From contig CM082581.2 of assembly GCA_040954595.2 (NCBI GenBank), forward strand, positions 2,782,699 to 2,846,698: 64,000 nt of DNA, read 5' to 3'. This stretch comes from Balanoglossus misakiensis (Eukaryota; Animalia; Hemichordata). The notes beneath the pieces were generated by a model that made no database searches, was not told the DNA's origin, and saw nothing but the letters and a program-made list of their open reading frames with translations. The translations under genes were made by a program, and so were the position numbers. This document shows, in pieces, positions 40,963 to 54,887 of the stretch (position 1 is the stretch's first letter; each line of letters opens with the position of its first letter).

Positions 40963-42151
40963 CAAGATCGTATATCGAAACTTTACAAATACATGGACGT
41001 GTAAACAGATACACTTGATCTATACATCACAACATAAATCTTTAGAAAAGTATAAAAAGAACCCTCTGAGATCTACTTAATGTGAATTTACCAATATGTC
41101 TTCTTCTGTGTAAAGAATCACTCCTTAGTTAATTCTTTTTTTCTCTTGAATATACACTGTACGTAATTGCATGCATTTGCCTGTCATCCAATTTTAGTAG
41201 GTAATTAATCAATTATTTAAAGCTTGTTTCCTAAAATAGCCAAATAAAAAATTACATTAAATGTACAATTGTTCTGATATTTAGTTTGACATAATAACGA
41301 GTGCATGAAGTCAAGGTATATATGGTTAATTTTTCATGTACAAGACGTAAAATATTCCTATAATTTCACAATAAATTTTGTCTCTAAAAAACATTCAGAA
41401 TCTGATTGTAAAAATTGTTAGTACAAAAGGGAAAGTCAGTCCAACTATACATGTATACAACTACTTCATCGAAAGGCACTCGCTATTTATTGTACAATAT
41501 TAAAAGTACTGGATTGCATGTCTACAATAATGTGTTGCATGTCTACAATAATGACCTTGAAATCGTCTCCTGGTTGTTCCTTCTGTCTGTCTCTGCTATC
41601 AGACATATTAGAAAGTGTATTCAGAGTATGATGTCCTTTATTTGAATATCATGGTTTCCGTTGACATTCGTGCAGCCACGTGCGAAATTTTGATTATGTG
41701 AATAGGCAAATCGTCCCGGTGTTTTTTTTTGTTTTGTTTTTTGAGTGGTCTCGCACACTTGCGGAGCACCATTAATGTCTTAATTCCGGCTGCTTTAAAT
41801 AGGTTTTTAATTTGTGCAAGGGATCAAATCACATTATAATAATTGCATTATGGGTAAATAGTCGACAACTCACTTTAGAAGGAGATAGAAGAAATGCATG
41901 AAATGATATATGAACTGTATTTCATGACTTCCTTTCTGTCTTTGTAGTACATTAAACCAATTTCAACTTTTGACATTTTGTTATTATTTCTGTCACACAA
42001 TGTTTCTGAATGACCCAGTATCACTTTAGCTTATGAACTTCCATTTCTTAAACATGGCAGAAATCGGCCATCGTGAAATTATGTTTACCATATAAGATTT
42101 TCATCACTCACCTAGGTAGCAACAACCTATTTAAGGTAGGGAGCATCAAGT

Positions 42152-43120
42152 TCAACTTTCAACAGTAACCACAATTAAGTTTTCTTGCTGGCCTTCAGAA
42201 GGCACGACTTCCGGAATCTTATTAGATTGTGCTACGTATTGACGACCACAGCTCATTATAGGATTCTCATTATCATCACGCCGGCTACTGTCCATTGACT
42301 CGTCTTGTCCGGTGCCCATGGTGGTTCCGATTCCGCTGTCTTCCAGGCTGGAAAAGGCTTGGGTCTCGCGTTCCGTTTCCGTTCTGCTTGCGACTGTCTC
42401 CTCACGAGTGTCTTCTGCTGTCGCCCCATGTGCGACTTTGGAGGACTCCCCAGTGGTTGTCTGGATGCTCTCGTCAATGGGACCAACTTCATGCTCAGTT
42501 GTCTCTTTAACCTTGCCCATGGCGCCCGTTTCAGGTTGTGGATTTTCTTCATTCACCGAATCCTCGACAGCACTTTCACCAGGATTGCTAGAAGAAGGCG
42601 ACATCTCCACGGGAAATCCCATTTCTTGACCGGACAAAACGTAACCAGAAGGTTGATTCTGGTTGCGGCCTCCAAGTTCATCATCCCTGTTGGTTGAAAG
42701 CTCTCCAGCACGGTAGAATTCGCCATCCGAGAGATACTTCAACACTTCCAGACGGGCTACTTCATGTTCGAGTTTTTCCAGCTGTTCAGCTAAAACTTCC
42801 ATTATTTCCTCCGGGGTCTGTTTCAACTCTATGCTCCGGTAGGTGTAAATAAAACTTAAAAGCTCACTTGTACGACGCCCAGATTCTTCTATGGCACATA
42901 TTTCCCCGTGGTCTAGTCCTTCTAAAGCAGCAAGTCCTCGCCAATCTTTTCCATCGTCCCTCTGTATATCCAGAATCAAGCATAGATTCCTCCACAATTT
43001 TTCATTGATTTTACAGCCATCGACCGGTTCCCATTCTTTTTTGTTCCGAATGAAGTAGTCGGAGAAATTTGCGTAACCGCGCTGTTCGTTTCTTTTTGGT
43101 GGTGTATGTTTCTCGGCACC
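42152..43120 (-). CDS. Terminal exon of the ZU5-UPA-death-domain gene: death domain plus acidic low-complexity tail
   Basis: Acceptor tgctttacag|GGT at 43120 (phase 0). LWRNLCLILD...GKDWRGLAALEGLDHGEICAIE...LAEQLEKLEHEVARLEVLKYL has the UNC5/MyD88-type death-domain pattern. Open to TGA at 42152. Confidence 0.85.
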   Translation of the reverse strand, partial: GAEKHTPPKRNEQRGYANFSDYFIRNKKEWEPVDGCKINEKLWRNLCLILDIQRDDGKDWRGLAALEGLDHGEICAIEESGRRTSELLSFIYTYRSIELKQTPEEIMEVLAEQLEKLEHEVARLEVLKYLSDGEFYRAGELSTNRDDELGGRNQNQPSGYVLSGQEMGFPVEMSPSSSNPGESAVEDSVNEENPQPETGAMGKVKETTEHEVGPIDESIQTTTGESSKVAHGATAEDTREETVASRTETERETQAFSSLEDSGIGTTMGTGQDESMDSSRRDDNENPIMSCGRQYVAQSNKIPEVVPSEGQQENLIVVTVES

Positions 43121-44729
43121 CTGTAAAGCAATAGTCATGTTTTTTTCTTATTTCTCTGTTATGAGTTCAATTGAATATATGTGGACTTGTATGTAAAGTG
43201 AAATAGGTAGACCGTTAACAGCAGGGCCAGTGAAAAATTTACATTCTATGGAGAACCATTTTTGTACATCTTCACAGTGGGGCCTACTTATTTCTCGGCA
43301 AACTGTTTTAGATTTGACAGCTAGGGGAAATATCAGTTACATGGTCGTGAGTTGCACCAATGGTAAATCGGGTCTTGAAAAAATATATCACTTGCAGCTA
43401 ATGCATGTTGGAGGGACCAAGGAAATGCAGTGTGTATAAAGAAAGAGTGACTTATCGCCTTAAGGGCGTTGGACCACTATCCATACTTCTTCACACAAGG
43501 ATTAGCTATATCTCTTGTGTCTGCTAGTGATGGTATCAGAAAAACACTTACTCCATCTTTTGGTTTCCCACATAGAAGTTCCAACACAGTGCCATTGCTG
43601 CTGTCACCAACCCTTGCTTCCAATAAGCAAAAGAAGAACTCCGGCGATTCATCGGAAAAGTAACTGAATTCAACCGAAGCGGGGCTTCTCCGTCTTCGTA
43701 TTTCAGATTATTCACACTTAGTAGCTGTAAAATGAAAATATAGCTGCAAGCAGCGATGACGGGCACAAGCTTAAGCCGAAGGTCAAAGGTCATATGTGGT
43801 CACCCAAAATTTGGGCAAAAAGTTTTGACCCCCATACTAGTCCAGGTCCAACAGAAACCTGACCTCTAGCCCTATTGGTTTGTCTGAAATTAGATATGCA
43901 CATAATTAATGATGTAAAGTGTAAGACTCCATTAATAGTTCGATCCATCCAAACACAAATGCTGTACCTGTTCTGGATGCCAAGATATAGCAAAGTAGGT
44001 CAAAGGTCACCTGAGGTCACCCAAAATTTGGGCAAAATTTTTGACCCCATACTGATCCATGTCCCACAAGAACAAAACCTCTAGCCATATTGGTTAGCCT
44101 GGAATTAGGTATGCACATAATTAATGAGATATGCAGGTGTCACTGGTGACCCCAAATTTTGGCTTTTCAATTTTAGTCCCAACCCTCCAAACGCCAAGTC
44201 TTTGCCTGCTCTGGTTGCCAAGATATGGTAAATTAGGTCAAAGGTCATATGTGGTCACCCAAAATTTGGGCAAAAAGTTTTGACCCCCATACTAGTCCAG
44301 GTCCAACAGAAACCTGACCTCTAGCCCTATTGGTTTGTCTGAAATTAGATATGCACATAATTAATGATGTAAAGTGTAAGACTCCATTAATAGTTCGATC
44401 CATCCAAACACAAATGCTGTACCTGTTCTGGATGCCAAGATATAGGAAAGTAGGTCAAAGGTCACCTGAGGTCACCCAGAATTTGGGCAAATTTTTTTAA
44501 CCCCGTACTGGTCCATGACCAAAAAGAATGAAACCTCTAGCCCTATTAGTTAGCCCGGAATTATGTATGCACATAATTAATGAGTTTAGCAGGTGTTACA
44601 GGTGAGCCCGAAATTTGCCTTTTAATGTGGTCCCATTCTGCTCACGGGCCAGTAGACAATCACTGTACAGGACCATTGCACAGATATGGAAAGCCATAAC
44701 TGCCTTAAGTGAACTGAACTCATGTTCTC

Positions 44730-46390
44730 TTGTGCATTTAACATGTTGTCTTGTACATTTAACATGTTTTCTTGTGCATTTAACATGTTTTCTTGTGCAT
44801 TTCATATATGGTCCTGTGCATTTAACATGTTGTCTTGTGCATTTTATATTGTCTTGTGCATTTAACATGTTTTCTTGTGCATTTATGTATGCTGTCCTGT
44901 CCATTTAACATGTTGTCTTGTGCATTCATATACGCTGTCTTGTACATTTAACATGTTGTCCTGTGCATTTCTATATGTTGTCTTGTCCATTCATATACGT
45001 TGTCTTGTACATTTAACATGTTGTCCTGTGCATTTCTATATGTTGTCTTGTGTATTTCTATATGTTGTCGTGGGACTTTATTATGTTGTCCTGTTCATTT
45101 TTATATGTTGTCTTGTCCATTTATATACGTTGTCTTGTGCATTTCTATATGTTGTCTTGTGCATTTCTATATGTTGTCGTGTGACTTTATTATGTTGTCC
45201 TGTTCATTTCTATATGTTGTCTTGTCCATTTATACACGTTGTCTTGTGCATTTCTATATGTTGTCTTGTGCATTTCTATATGTTGTCGTGTGACTTTAAT
45301 ATGTTATCCTGTTCATTTCTATATGTTGTCTTGTCCATTCATATATGTTGTGGTGTGACTTTAACATGTTTTCCTGTGCATTTCTATATGTTGTCTTGTT
45401 TATTTATATACGTTGTCTTGTGCATTTCTATATGTTGTCTTGTCCATTCATATATGTTGTGGTGTGCCTTTAATATGTTGTCCTGTTCATTTCTATATGT
45501 TGTCTTGTTTATTTATATACGTTGTCTTGTGCATTTCTATATGTTGTCTTGTCCATTCATATATGTTGTGGTGTGCCTTTAATATGTTGTCCTGTTCATT
45601 TCTATATGTTGTCTTGTTTATTTATATACGTTGTCTTGTGCATTTCTATATGTTGTCTTGTCCATTCATATATGTTGTGGTGTGACTTTAACATGTTTTC
45701 CTGTGCATTTCTATATGTTGTCTTGTTTATTTATATACGTTGTCTTGTGCATTTCTATATGTTGTCTTGTCCATTCATATATGTTGTGGTGTGCCTTTAA
45801 TATGTTGTCCTGTTCATTTCTATATGTTGTCTTGTTTATTTATATACGTTGTCTTGTGCATTTCTATATGTTGTCTTGTCCATTCATATATGTTGTGGTG
45901 TGACTTTAACATGTTTTCCTGTGCATTTCTATATGTTGTCTTGTTTATTTATATACGTTGTCTTGTGCATTTCTATATGTTGTCTTGTCCATTCATATAT
46001 GTTGTGGTGTGCCTTTAATATGTTGTCCTGTTCATTTCTATATGTTGTCTTGTTTATTTATATACGTTGTCTTGTGCATTTCTATATGTTGTCTTGTCCA
46101 TTCATATATGTTGTGGTGTGACTTTAACATGTTTTCCTGTGCATTTCTATATGTTGTCTTGTTTATTTATATACGTTGTCTTGTGCATTTCTATATGTTG
46201 TCTTGTCCATTCATATATGTTGTCGTGTGACTTTAACATGTTGTCCTGTTCGTTTCTATATGTTGTCTTGTCCATTCATATACATTGTCTTGTGCATTTC
46301 TATATGTTGTCTTGTCCATTCATATACGTTGTCTTGTGCATTTCTATATGTTGTCCTGTGGTTTTGTACATGTTGTGTGGTGCATTTAAC
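44730..46390 (+). repeat. Left subterminal array: 21-bp, then 22-bp units, forming a 109-bp higher-order repeat
   Basis: Units ttgtgcatttaacatgttgtc and ttgtgcatttctatatgttgtc. ORF starts step by exactly 109 bp from 45413 to 46176. Confidence 0.95.
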
Positions 46391-46484
46391 TTCATTAGAA
46401 GAAGATTAACTTCATTAGAAGAAGATCAAGCTGTTCCGGGAGGGCGGTATCCTCCCCCTGGCGGAACAGTTTTGTTTCCACAGC

Positions 46485-46490
46485 TATAAA
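46485..46490 (+). promoter_or_regulatory. Candidate TATA box of the HECT gene, with a GC box upstream at 46442
   Basis: gggcgg ... gctataaatag lies just inside the left array, about 140 nt before ATG 46627. Confidence 0.4.
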
Positions 46491-46626
46491 TAGACTGTGG
46501 CCTGCAGTCTCCCAAAATATTTGATACATTTACAATGTACATCCGGTGAAAAAGAGAGGGAAAATCTGTAGCACTAAGACAAGCACGCGTGTTCGCACAG
46601 GGACATTGTATCCTGTCATCATCATC

Positions 46627-49600
46627 ATGGAGGAAATTTTGTGTTCTATGTCATTGTCAACTCTGATACCAAATTTTTTGCAAGAACGCATTTCCCCGGA
46701 AACTGTAGAATCGCTCACTGATCGTGAACTCATAAGATTGGGGGTAGAGACCATGGGACACCGGCATGATCTGCGAAAGAAGTGTTCACGTGCTGTTGCC
46801 CGTGAAGACATGGATCAAGCATCTGCATCTTCTAGCAACTATGGAAGACTCTCTGAGACCGTACGCTCTGAAAGAGACATGTTATTTATCCCCGCCAGAG
46901 GCAATGGTGGGCGTGGGCGGGCTGGTGCCCCGTCTGGTACTGTCGGTCGAGGTAAGAAAACCGCCAAAAAGGCCCGGACATGGACAGTCCGTGTCTTGTG
47001 TGTGGCTGATCGCCTTCAACAGAGAATTCCAACAGTTGCTGAAAAGCTAGTTCTTAACAAGGCGGGACTTGGGGAACGTAAGATGATTTTTTTCTGCCAC
47101 GATGATGAGGAAGATGTTGCCAACAAAATCAAGGCGGAATATCCACAATTAAGTGAATGCGGAGGTTTCGAAATCATGCATTGCACTGGCAACTGCCGAA
47201 ATTTGCAAACGGTAACATGTTCTTGGAGCGTCGAGGAGCTAAAGCGCCATGTCGGCTCTCAAGCCAAATTATACTTGCGCCCTATTCAAAAAAATCTGAA
47301 CGTCACAGAAACAGAACAAACCAGCCATGGGACGAGTCTGAAAGAAAAGTGCCGAGGTTGCAACACAGAGTTCACGATTGACAAATTACGCAGTCATATC
47401 GACTGGTGTTTGCCAGTTCTTCAATCGGAGTCGGATGAAGACCCAGAGCTTCCTCTCGGACCTATTGAACATCGAGATACACCGCAAGAAATTCCGAACA
47501 ATATGGTTGTTGATCTGACTGAAAATGCTGAACAGGATCATGTAAGTTTTAATCATCTTGTTCTGTTTCTAACGGGGATCGAAATTGCTGAGGGGTATGA
47601 TTCTGGTGTTTTCTCCGGGACGCGCGATTGCGCGATTCCCCCCACTTGAAGCGCCCCTTGTAACAAGTTCAGGGGGCGACAATCGCCCCTTCTTGAGCAG
47701 CCCACCCGGCCAGTACATGCGCGTCCAAGCCTCGTAGCATGCACTGTCAGTCAAAACACTGGGAAAACGGCCGATATTACTGCGTGCTGGCCTATACATT
47801 TTAACTTCCCACCCCCAAATACTATGTTGTAAATGACTTTCACATTCAATTACGTGTAATTTAGCTCCAAGGGCTATAGTGTGCAATTGTTGGAACAGCC
47901 AAAGAGCTCTGTCTGGACACTGTCTAAGTTTAGAGCACACACTCAAGTGATCTTGTTGTTATGGAGACATTTGAAATTGGGTTGGCAGAATGTAACAATT
48001 TTATGCAAATTAAAAGAACTGCATTCATGCCATGGCGATTATCAAGAATGTATCAGTTTTCCAAGACCTGTTTTCTTACTTTGGAAGGAAAGTCATTCAA
48101 TATGTACAGTGACTATTTATTTGAGTAGTGTGCCTAGCCACAGATGGGGAAGTGTAGGCAGAAATCTGAAGGAATATACCACTTCAATTTATTTCACTAT
48201 TAATAGTTTCACAATATAATATTTTGACAGCTAAAAAAACTGAAACTTTTAAAATCAAACAAGAAATTTTTTCCCAGGTATAGTTTTAAAGAAAGACACT
48301 TGTTTTTCCAGTTGCATTTATTTTATTCATTTCACTCTCCTTGCCAGGGGAGCAGTTAGTCACTCTCCTACCACTTGTGTAAATAATTTCAGGGGTTATT
48401 TTCAGCTCTCCGGCCTTTTTAAAATTACATGCCCTGAAAGTTATGCAAGCTGGTGTCTTCCTCTGCAAAATCTACAAATTTAAAGTAGTAAAAATCTGTA
48501 ACTGTTTAGATGTCACATGTTAACATGTAAAATGTTGTAATTCTGTCTCGCTATCACTACGTAGCTCAGGTCACACGAGATTGCACAGTACCTACTACCT
48601 ACGCTGGCAAGCCCAGCACTTCATAAGTTGCTGGAATGAAGGCAGTTAGTAAGATAACGTTCAAAATTGTTATTCCTTGAAATTTACCTAATTAACATAA
48701 ATTATGCAAATCATGATTCCCCCTACTTTGACCAAATCCCCCAATAATTTTGGACTAAGAGGGGACATTCCCCCCTTCTCTCAACATCCTGGAGAAAACA
48801 CCGTTTAAATAATGATAATAATAATAATTTTAAAAAATGGTAACTCACAGTCACTAGGGGGTAAAAACGGCTGCAATGGCCCGAATATAGCCCAGGCCCA
48901 GCATTCGTGAAGTTGGCCTCATCCTCATCCTCATATTCGCGTGACTTTTCAAGCTGAGGATGAGGCCAACTTCACGGACGTCAGGCCATAGGTGTTTTAT
49001 AATAAACCTCACTCACGTTGGTCACGTGACCGGTTTATATTTTTTCTGCTATTTACCTAGGGATTCATAGTTGATACTCTTTTCCTATCACGTGACGGAT
49101 TCTGGCAAATCACGACACAGTATTAGCATGGTGTATATTATAACATGTGTTATTATTTAAATTAATATGCTCAATTGTGTTCGTAATTGTGACATAAGTC
49201 TGCTATGGTCCCACCAACAAGAGAACTTGTATATGGTTGAACCTTATATTTGGATAATTTATTCATGTACTAGTATTTGCTTTAACACCTATGATACGTC
49301 CTGTAATCAGAACATGACAGGATTTAGGCCTACCTGAAAAGGGGAACGTTTAAATACTTTATATTTGTCATGTGTCATTAAACTCATTACAATGATTTGT
49401 TTACTTTCAGACCAGGAATAATGAAGATAATTCAGGCAGTATATTTGGAATTGGAGATGGTATTGATAGTGAACCAGAGATTGAAGATGGCATGTTATGG
49501 GTAAATAATGCTGTACAGAGAACCGTGAAATATTGCAAGGAGAATGCAGTCACAAATCCAGTTGAAATTCTGCGATTTTACCAGTCAGTAGTAATGACAG

Positions 49601-52600
49601 GCAGACCATTAGAGTTGAAGTCCACAAGTCAGCATGTTGAGGGTAGAACCACTTCCATAACTGTTGACAGGTTGTCAGTTCTCCAAACTGGATTTGATGA
49701 GATAACAACATTATCTGTGAAGGAGCTGTGTACAACTTTGGAAGTTGATTTTTATGGAGAGGTAAGTCTGACTTTGTTGGATATTTCAGAGTGATGTGTT
49801 CAATGAAAGTACAATGTAGGATTTCTTGTATTTATGAAATTTAGCAACATATATGTATCAATTTATCAGGGATAGAAGTGGAGAAAACTAGCTTTGGGCT
49901 TATCTTTGATTCCACTGAATCACCATTGTTTACATAGCTGTCACATGACAAGTAATTTGCATATTATTGCAACAACAACTAAATGTGCCTGAAATTGTTG
50001 TGGTTACAAGTTGTCATAATGCTTGACTGAAGTGTGTCTCAGATTTTTTTTAATCTTCTAAAACAAATGTTATGATTAACAAACTTTAAGATCATTTAAC
50101 ACTAAAATAACCAAGATATAAAAAATATGAGACACACTTTGGAAAAAGCATTGTGACAGCTTGCTTTCTCGCAAATTTGAGCGTGATACCTCAAAGCATT
50201 AAAACAAACCATTGGGCAAATTGATTTATTAAAGGTTATGCAAATTGCATGTCCGTGGTAGGCTTTTGATGGGGTTCTGACTTCTGAGCTTATTAAGCAA
50301 CAAAATTTTTAGATTAAGAGGATCAATTACTTGTCTTTGAACCTTAACTCTTTTACCTATTTTAAATTGACCCCAGAAGTGATGTGATTAATCTCTTCTA
50401 ACGAAACTTCCTCCTACCTGCTACCCACCTACTAGCACCATGTGTGATGCATAGAACGAGCATCCACATTGTCCCCCATTGTGCAATTATATACAATGCT
50501 GGCATTTTGTCAACTAATTGTTCAATGAGAATATTTAATATTTATATGAAGGAAAAATGGATCCTCTAAAAGACACTGTACAATAGATTTGAATACAGCC
50601 AACTGAAATCATAAATATTCTGGAGTAACATTGCAGAAACCAGAGATGACTGCAGAATGGTTAGGCCCAAATTTTCGGGGATTCTGAACTTTTCATGCTC
50701 GCCGGCAGCCATGACATTGACTGAACATCTTGGCTGCATTTGGTTATGAACTTGACCAAAAATGACACTCTATTTAGCCATGTACGAGAGCTGAAAATAC
50801 CCTATATTGGATGTGTAACCTGAGAAAAATGCTACTTCCCGTTCGCTTGGATGGTGCATGTGCAGTGCTCCAAACTATCTCTATATTTGCAGAAAACTCA
50901 AACTGGTCACAGGATGAGTAACTTTGTCATGTTTTGAGCATATGCTTCATGTCTTTATATAACAATTTCACACTATTTTTCTCTGTGTTCATTAGCAAGC
51001 AAAGGATTATGGAGGACCAAGAAAAGAATTCTTCGCATTGATTATGAGAGAAATGAAAGAAAAATATTTCGACACCTTAAAAGAGCACCTTCATGAGGAC
51101 TACACCACAGTAGGAATAATTATAGGTAAGATTTTATAGCCTCATCATGGCCAAGTGTGTTTTCAATGGTAGAGAATCAGTTCCTGACAAGTACATGTCA
51201 AATGCTAACTTTATTACAATGCCTCGTATATCAAACGTTTCATGACGTAGCGGGCTGCAAAATCATCACTGGCCGACAAGATGACCTGGAACTGTTATCG
51301 ATATGAAACCAAACGAAAAAAGTGATTCACTTTTGCTTTTACAATAATTTATTTCTGAACACATTAAAATTCAATCCATACAACATCGTACGTTGCAAAT
51401 GATGAAATAGCAATATTTTCCAAAAACTGCACCAGATTATTCATGTATGATGGTTGATCGGTACAGAAACTGAAACACCCAGGGATCCACTTCACTTTCA
51501 ATTAAATAATAATTCATACACTTTAAAGCTTAGTGTTTTGATAAAATTGTTGTTTTCCCTCTTGATATCACGAAAATGACATTTATAATTTATTTTTTTA
51601 CTTGTAAATACAAGTTATCATGAATATATATTGTCGGGAAGGCATGTAATAAAGATATAGACCGAATATGGGGATTGATTTGGCACATGACCTTGTTACC
51701 TCGGTCATGTGATCACCCAATCTGATTCAAATCAGATGTAGGGTAAGGCAACATCTTTTGCTTTGCAGTACAGTATTCTTATGCTGTTGCCTCACACTAC
51801 ATCTGACCAACTCCCATAGAAGCTCCCCGTTGAACCTCATGTTGTGGTCAGGACAATCAGATTACAGCCCGAAAGCCATGTTTAACGTACTTCCTGTGTC
51901 TCAACAATTTGCGCGGTGACCCACCATTTCCCCCCCTTAAATTGATTTGATATATTTCAAACAAGGATCTACCAGGTTTAAAAAAGTTTATCTAGAAATG
52001 GTAAAAAATTACATAAAAGTAGATTTTTAGGCAAATCTGTGTTTAATTTAATACCGTAGTTGTATTGATATGTGATTATCATACTGAACAAGATGAAATC
52101 TCAAAATTACTAAAAATAAAACATTCATTTAGATTAGATTCTATAATGGTAAAAAATATGATGACCTTCCAAAAAAACTTCTTTGTGAAGCCGTTTCACA
52201 AAGATCTACAAAGACTAGCAAAAACTTAAAGGTAATGGAAAAAGGGCAGCGAGAGAGAGACTTTGTCCCTTTAAAGAGGTGCTAGATAGAGGGTGCTTTT
52301 TCCAAAAATCTAGCAGGTTGACCTCCAATTTTTATTCCCAAGATTAAATGTTCAGAAGTCAGCGATTTCGGGGTGCCGAACACCTCAAGTCTAAAAATAA
52401 AAGCCTTTCCATATTCACAGAAATATATGACTGCAAGGAGCAGATTAGAATTATGCTGACAAGTGGATGGTATGGTAAAACTCCTGTAATTCTTTCTTTA
52501 AAGATAAAACGAGTAATGATAATAAGTTTTTCTTACAGCTCTAAGTATGATACAGAACGGAAAGCTAGCTCAGTTTTTGAGTGAAGATGTACTACGATGG

Positions 52601-54887
52601 TTGTTTAAAGGTTCTGAAGGTGAAGAGATACCATTATGTATCATGAAGCTGAAGGATGGATTGAGCACTTTAGGGATATATCAGGTAGGTCCACTGAAAC
52701 AGGAAGATTTCCTCTGCCATATCTATCAGTAATACCCTAGTAATTTGCTCTGATGCACATTGCAATATTTCCAAATGTTACTTCAGAAAACAAATGACTA
52801 AATGTGTCACAATTCAGTTGTACTGCAATGCCAATTCTTAGATTATTGTCATCTAAACTTGGTATGAAATTATTTGTTAATGGCATTCGATCTGTGATGA
52901 TCTGTGTACAATTGTTATGTACAAAGTCATCATTATTTTTCAATAATAATAATAATGGAGTACCAAAGATTTTAACAACATTGAAGCAGCAAGGACTATG
53001 TCATCATTGGTTTTCTTTGCATTACCAGTTATGTTTGGACCTACCTGTGTTTCAATACCAGTTTTTTTCCAACAAAATACAGCCAGTACATTGACGATGA
53101 ATAAAATCAAATCCCTACTGGTACCGGAGTTCGCAGATGCAGGTTCTAATAACAGACGCTTTGAGGGTGAAGTGTATGCAGTATTTATCAAATACCTACG
53201 TGAAGTCGCAAGTAAGTTGAACATTTTGATTGTATATGGATGTGTTGTGTTGTGTTTCCTGCATATCCAAGATTAAATTTTGCAAATTTGGCAGCCTAAC
53301 AGGCCTGGGTGCCAGAATTCTACGCACACTGGAAATCAAACCCCTTTCAACTGACTTGGCATCGTTAGGATTGGGTGCAGTACAAGGAATACTCTGTTTT
53401 TGAGATCCGGAACGAGATTCTCGAACAAGGCGTGAGAATAGTTCAAAACAAGGCTGAGGGTCAACAACACATGGCGGGTTGTTCGCTGTCAGAGTGATAG
53501 TGAAAGCAGCTAATTCGACCACGGGCGTCATGGAACGAGAAAGTGTATGGATATTAATAAACTTATCAGTCACCGAACGTGTAATCTCGGTCTGTGTGCA
53601 CAGTACATGCTCACCCTCAGACTCGTTTTCGTATGTCTTGCGAGAATCTCAAAACTCAAGTACATGTATTGACATTTTTAATCTAACAATTCCTTAATGG
53701 TTAATGAGCTCAGAACCCCCATAAATTATATATTTGCTAAGAAATTGTGGTTACCAGACTGTCACCATTGTTTACATGACTATCACATGAAAGGTAATTT
53801 GCATAATGCTTCAAAAGTAAGTTTTTGCCTATGTTGTGTTGCAATGCCACAAATTTGTGTGAGTACAAGCTTTACTCATGATTTTCCAAAGGTTGTCTTG
53901 GATATTTAAACCTTCTAAAATTATTTTTATGACAAAATCTTCCAAGAAATTCAGAGACACACTTAATTTAAAAGAGCAATACGACAGCTTGCATTGTGAC
54001 AAATTTGAGCCAGATATCTCAATTACTTGTACTGCACCCTAATCAATTCATTGCCACCTGTCTTTTGCACTTTAGTGACAGTTTGAATTATATGTATACA
54101 GAAACTGCTTTTGAAAATTAACATTCCATGGGTACAACACAACTAAATTTTACCAGGTCTGGTGCATGTCTGACCAACAGGTCATGTGCAGCGATATGGA
54201 CGCAAACCTGCAGCAGTCTGCTGGATCAGATCTGGTGCGGGTCAGACCTGTTAGACCTGCACCATGTATTATGTCCTCTCAGACCTGCAGCAGACCTGTC
54301 CTGTCAGGTATGATGTATGCATGTGACAAACCTGGTGCAGGTCTGTCAATCTTTAGCTGTGTATCATATGTATCCTATCCCCAATCATAATCATTAAAGG
54401 GACAATAGTCTCTCTCCCGGTCCTTTTCCTATTTATTATGTTTGATACAAGATACCGTTTATGTTAATGTACATGTGGATATATAGTGAATCAACGTTCA
54501 ACCTTAACCACACCTTCCATTCCGCTTGTATGATATGAGAGTAAAAATTTGCCCAAAATGAATAAATGGTAGAGACCGATTATTTATTTTGGTGAGTTTT
54601 TTTACTCTTGTCTTTAATCTGTTTCAGGTGGGAGAAGAGGATCTGTCACTCTTACTGATATCCTCCAGTTTGTGACAGGGGCTGAAGAAGAGCCAGTGCT
54701 CGGTTTCTGCATAAGTCCGGCAATAACATTTGTTCCCGTGCAGCAGTCGTTTTTGCCGACTGCAAACACATGTATAAATTTATTATCATTGCCGAGACCA
54801 ACAGCTGCACATCCATTACCATCGGCAGCACAATTGTTTGCATTGTATGATTTAGCTTTTTCCAATAGGTTTTTTGGTAATGTTTGA
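46627..54887 (+). CDS. Transposon-borne HECT E3 ubiquitin ligase (SAM-like + ubiquitin-like + UBZ4 + G2E3-like HECT), 6 exons, about 661 aa, one 1-nt frameshift
   Basis: Exons 46627-47541, 49411-49761, 50996-51125, 52539-52684, 53029-53211 and 54628-54887. All GT-AG, with matching phases 0,0,1,0,1. HECT motifs VDFYGEQAKDYGGPRKEFF, GSNNRRFE, DILQFVTGA, LPTANTC (catalytic Cys) and terminal FFGNV. The T7 run at 53062-53068 breaks the frame by 1 nt. Confidence 0.88.
48845..49145. repeat. Hairpin-containing short repeat in intron 1 of the HECT gene
   Basis: Inverted pair cgtgaagttggcctcatcctca / tgaggatgaggccaacttcacg plus tcacgtgac motifs, resembling the 20.4-kb element. Confidence 0.55.
52230..52270. 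mobile_element. 41-bp internally deleted TTAA-flanked MITE remnant
   Basis: TTAA|agg...gggcagcgagagagagactttgtccct|TTAA. Confidence 0.65.

Noticed and set aside
42256-42697. Overlapping alternative and antisense ORFs in the death-domain exon (also at 56469-57382 and 62012-62443)
   Set aside because: They are shadow frames of real coding sequence with no recognisable motifs.
44730-46390. CRISPR-like regular array
   Set aside because: There are no unique spacers and no cas genes. It is a pure tandem repeat in eukaryotic DNA.
44596-46489. Many Cys/Val/Tyr-rich ORFs (also at 57743-58953)
   Set aside because: They are translations of the stop-poor 21/22-bp subterminal arrays, not genes.
46546-47649. 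367-aa single-exon protein as given in the ORF track
   Set aside because: The likely start is ATG 46627, and a GTAAGT donor at 47542 splices in phase to further exons. The last 35 residues are intron read-through.
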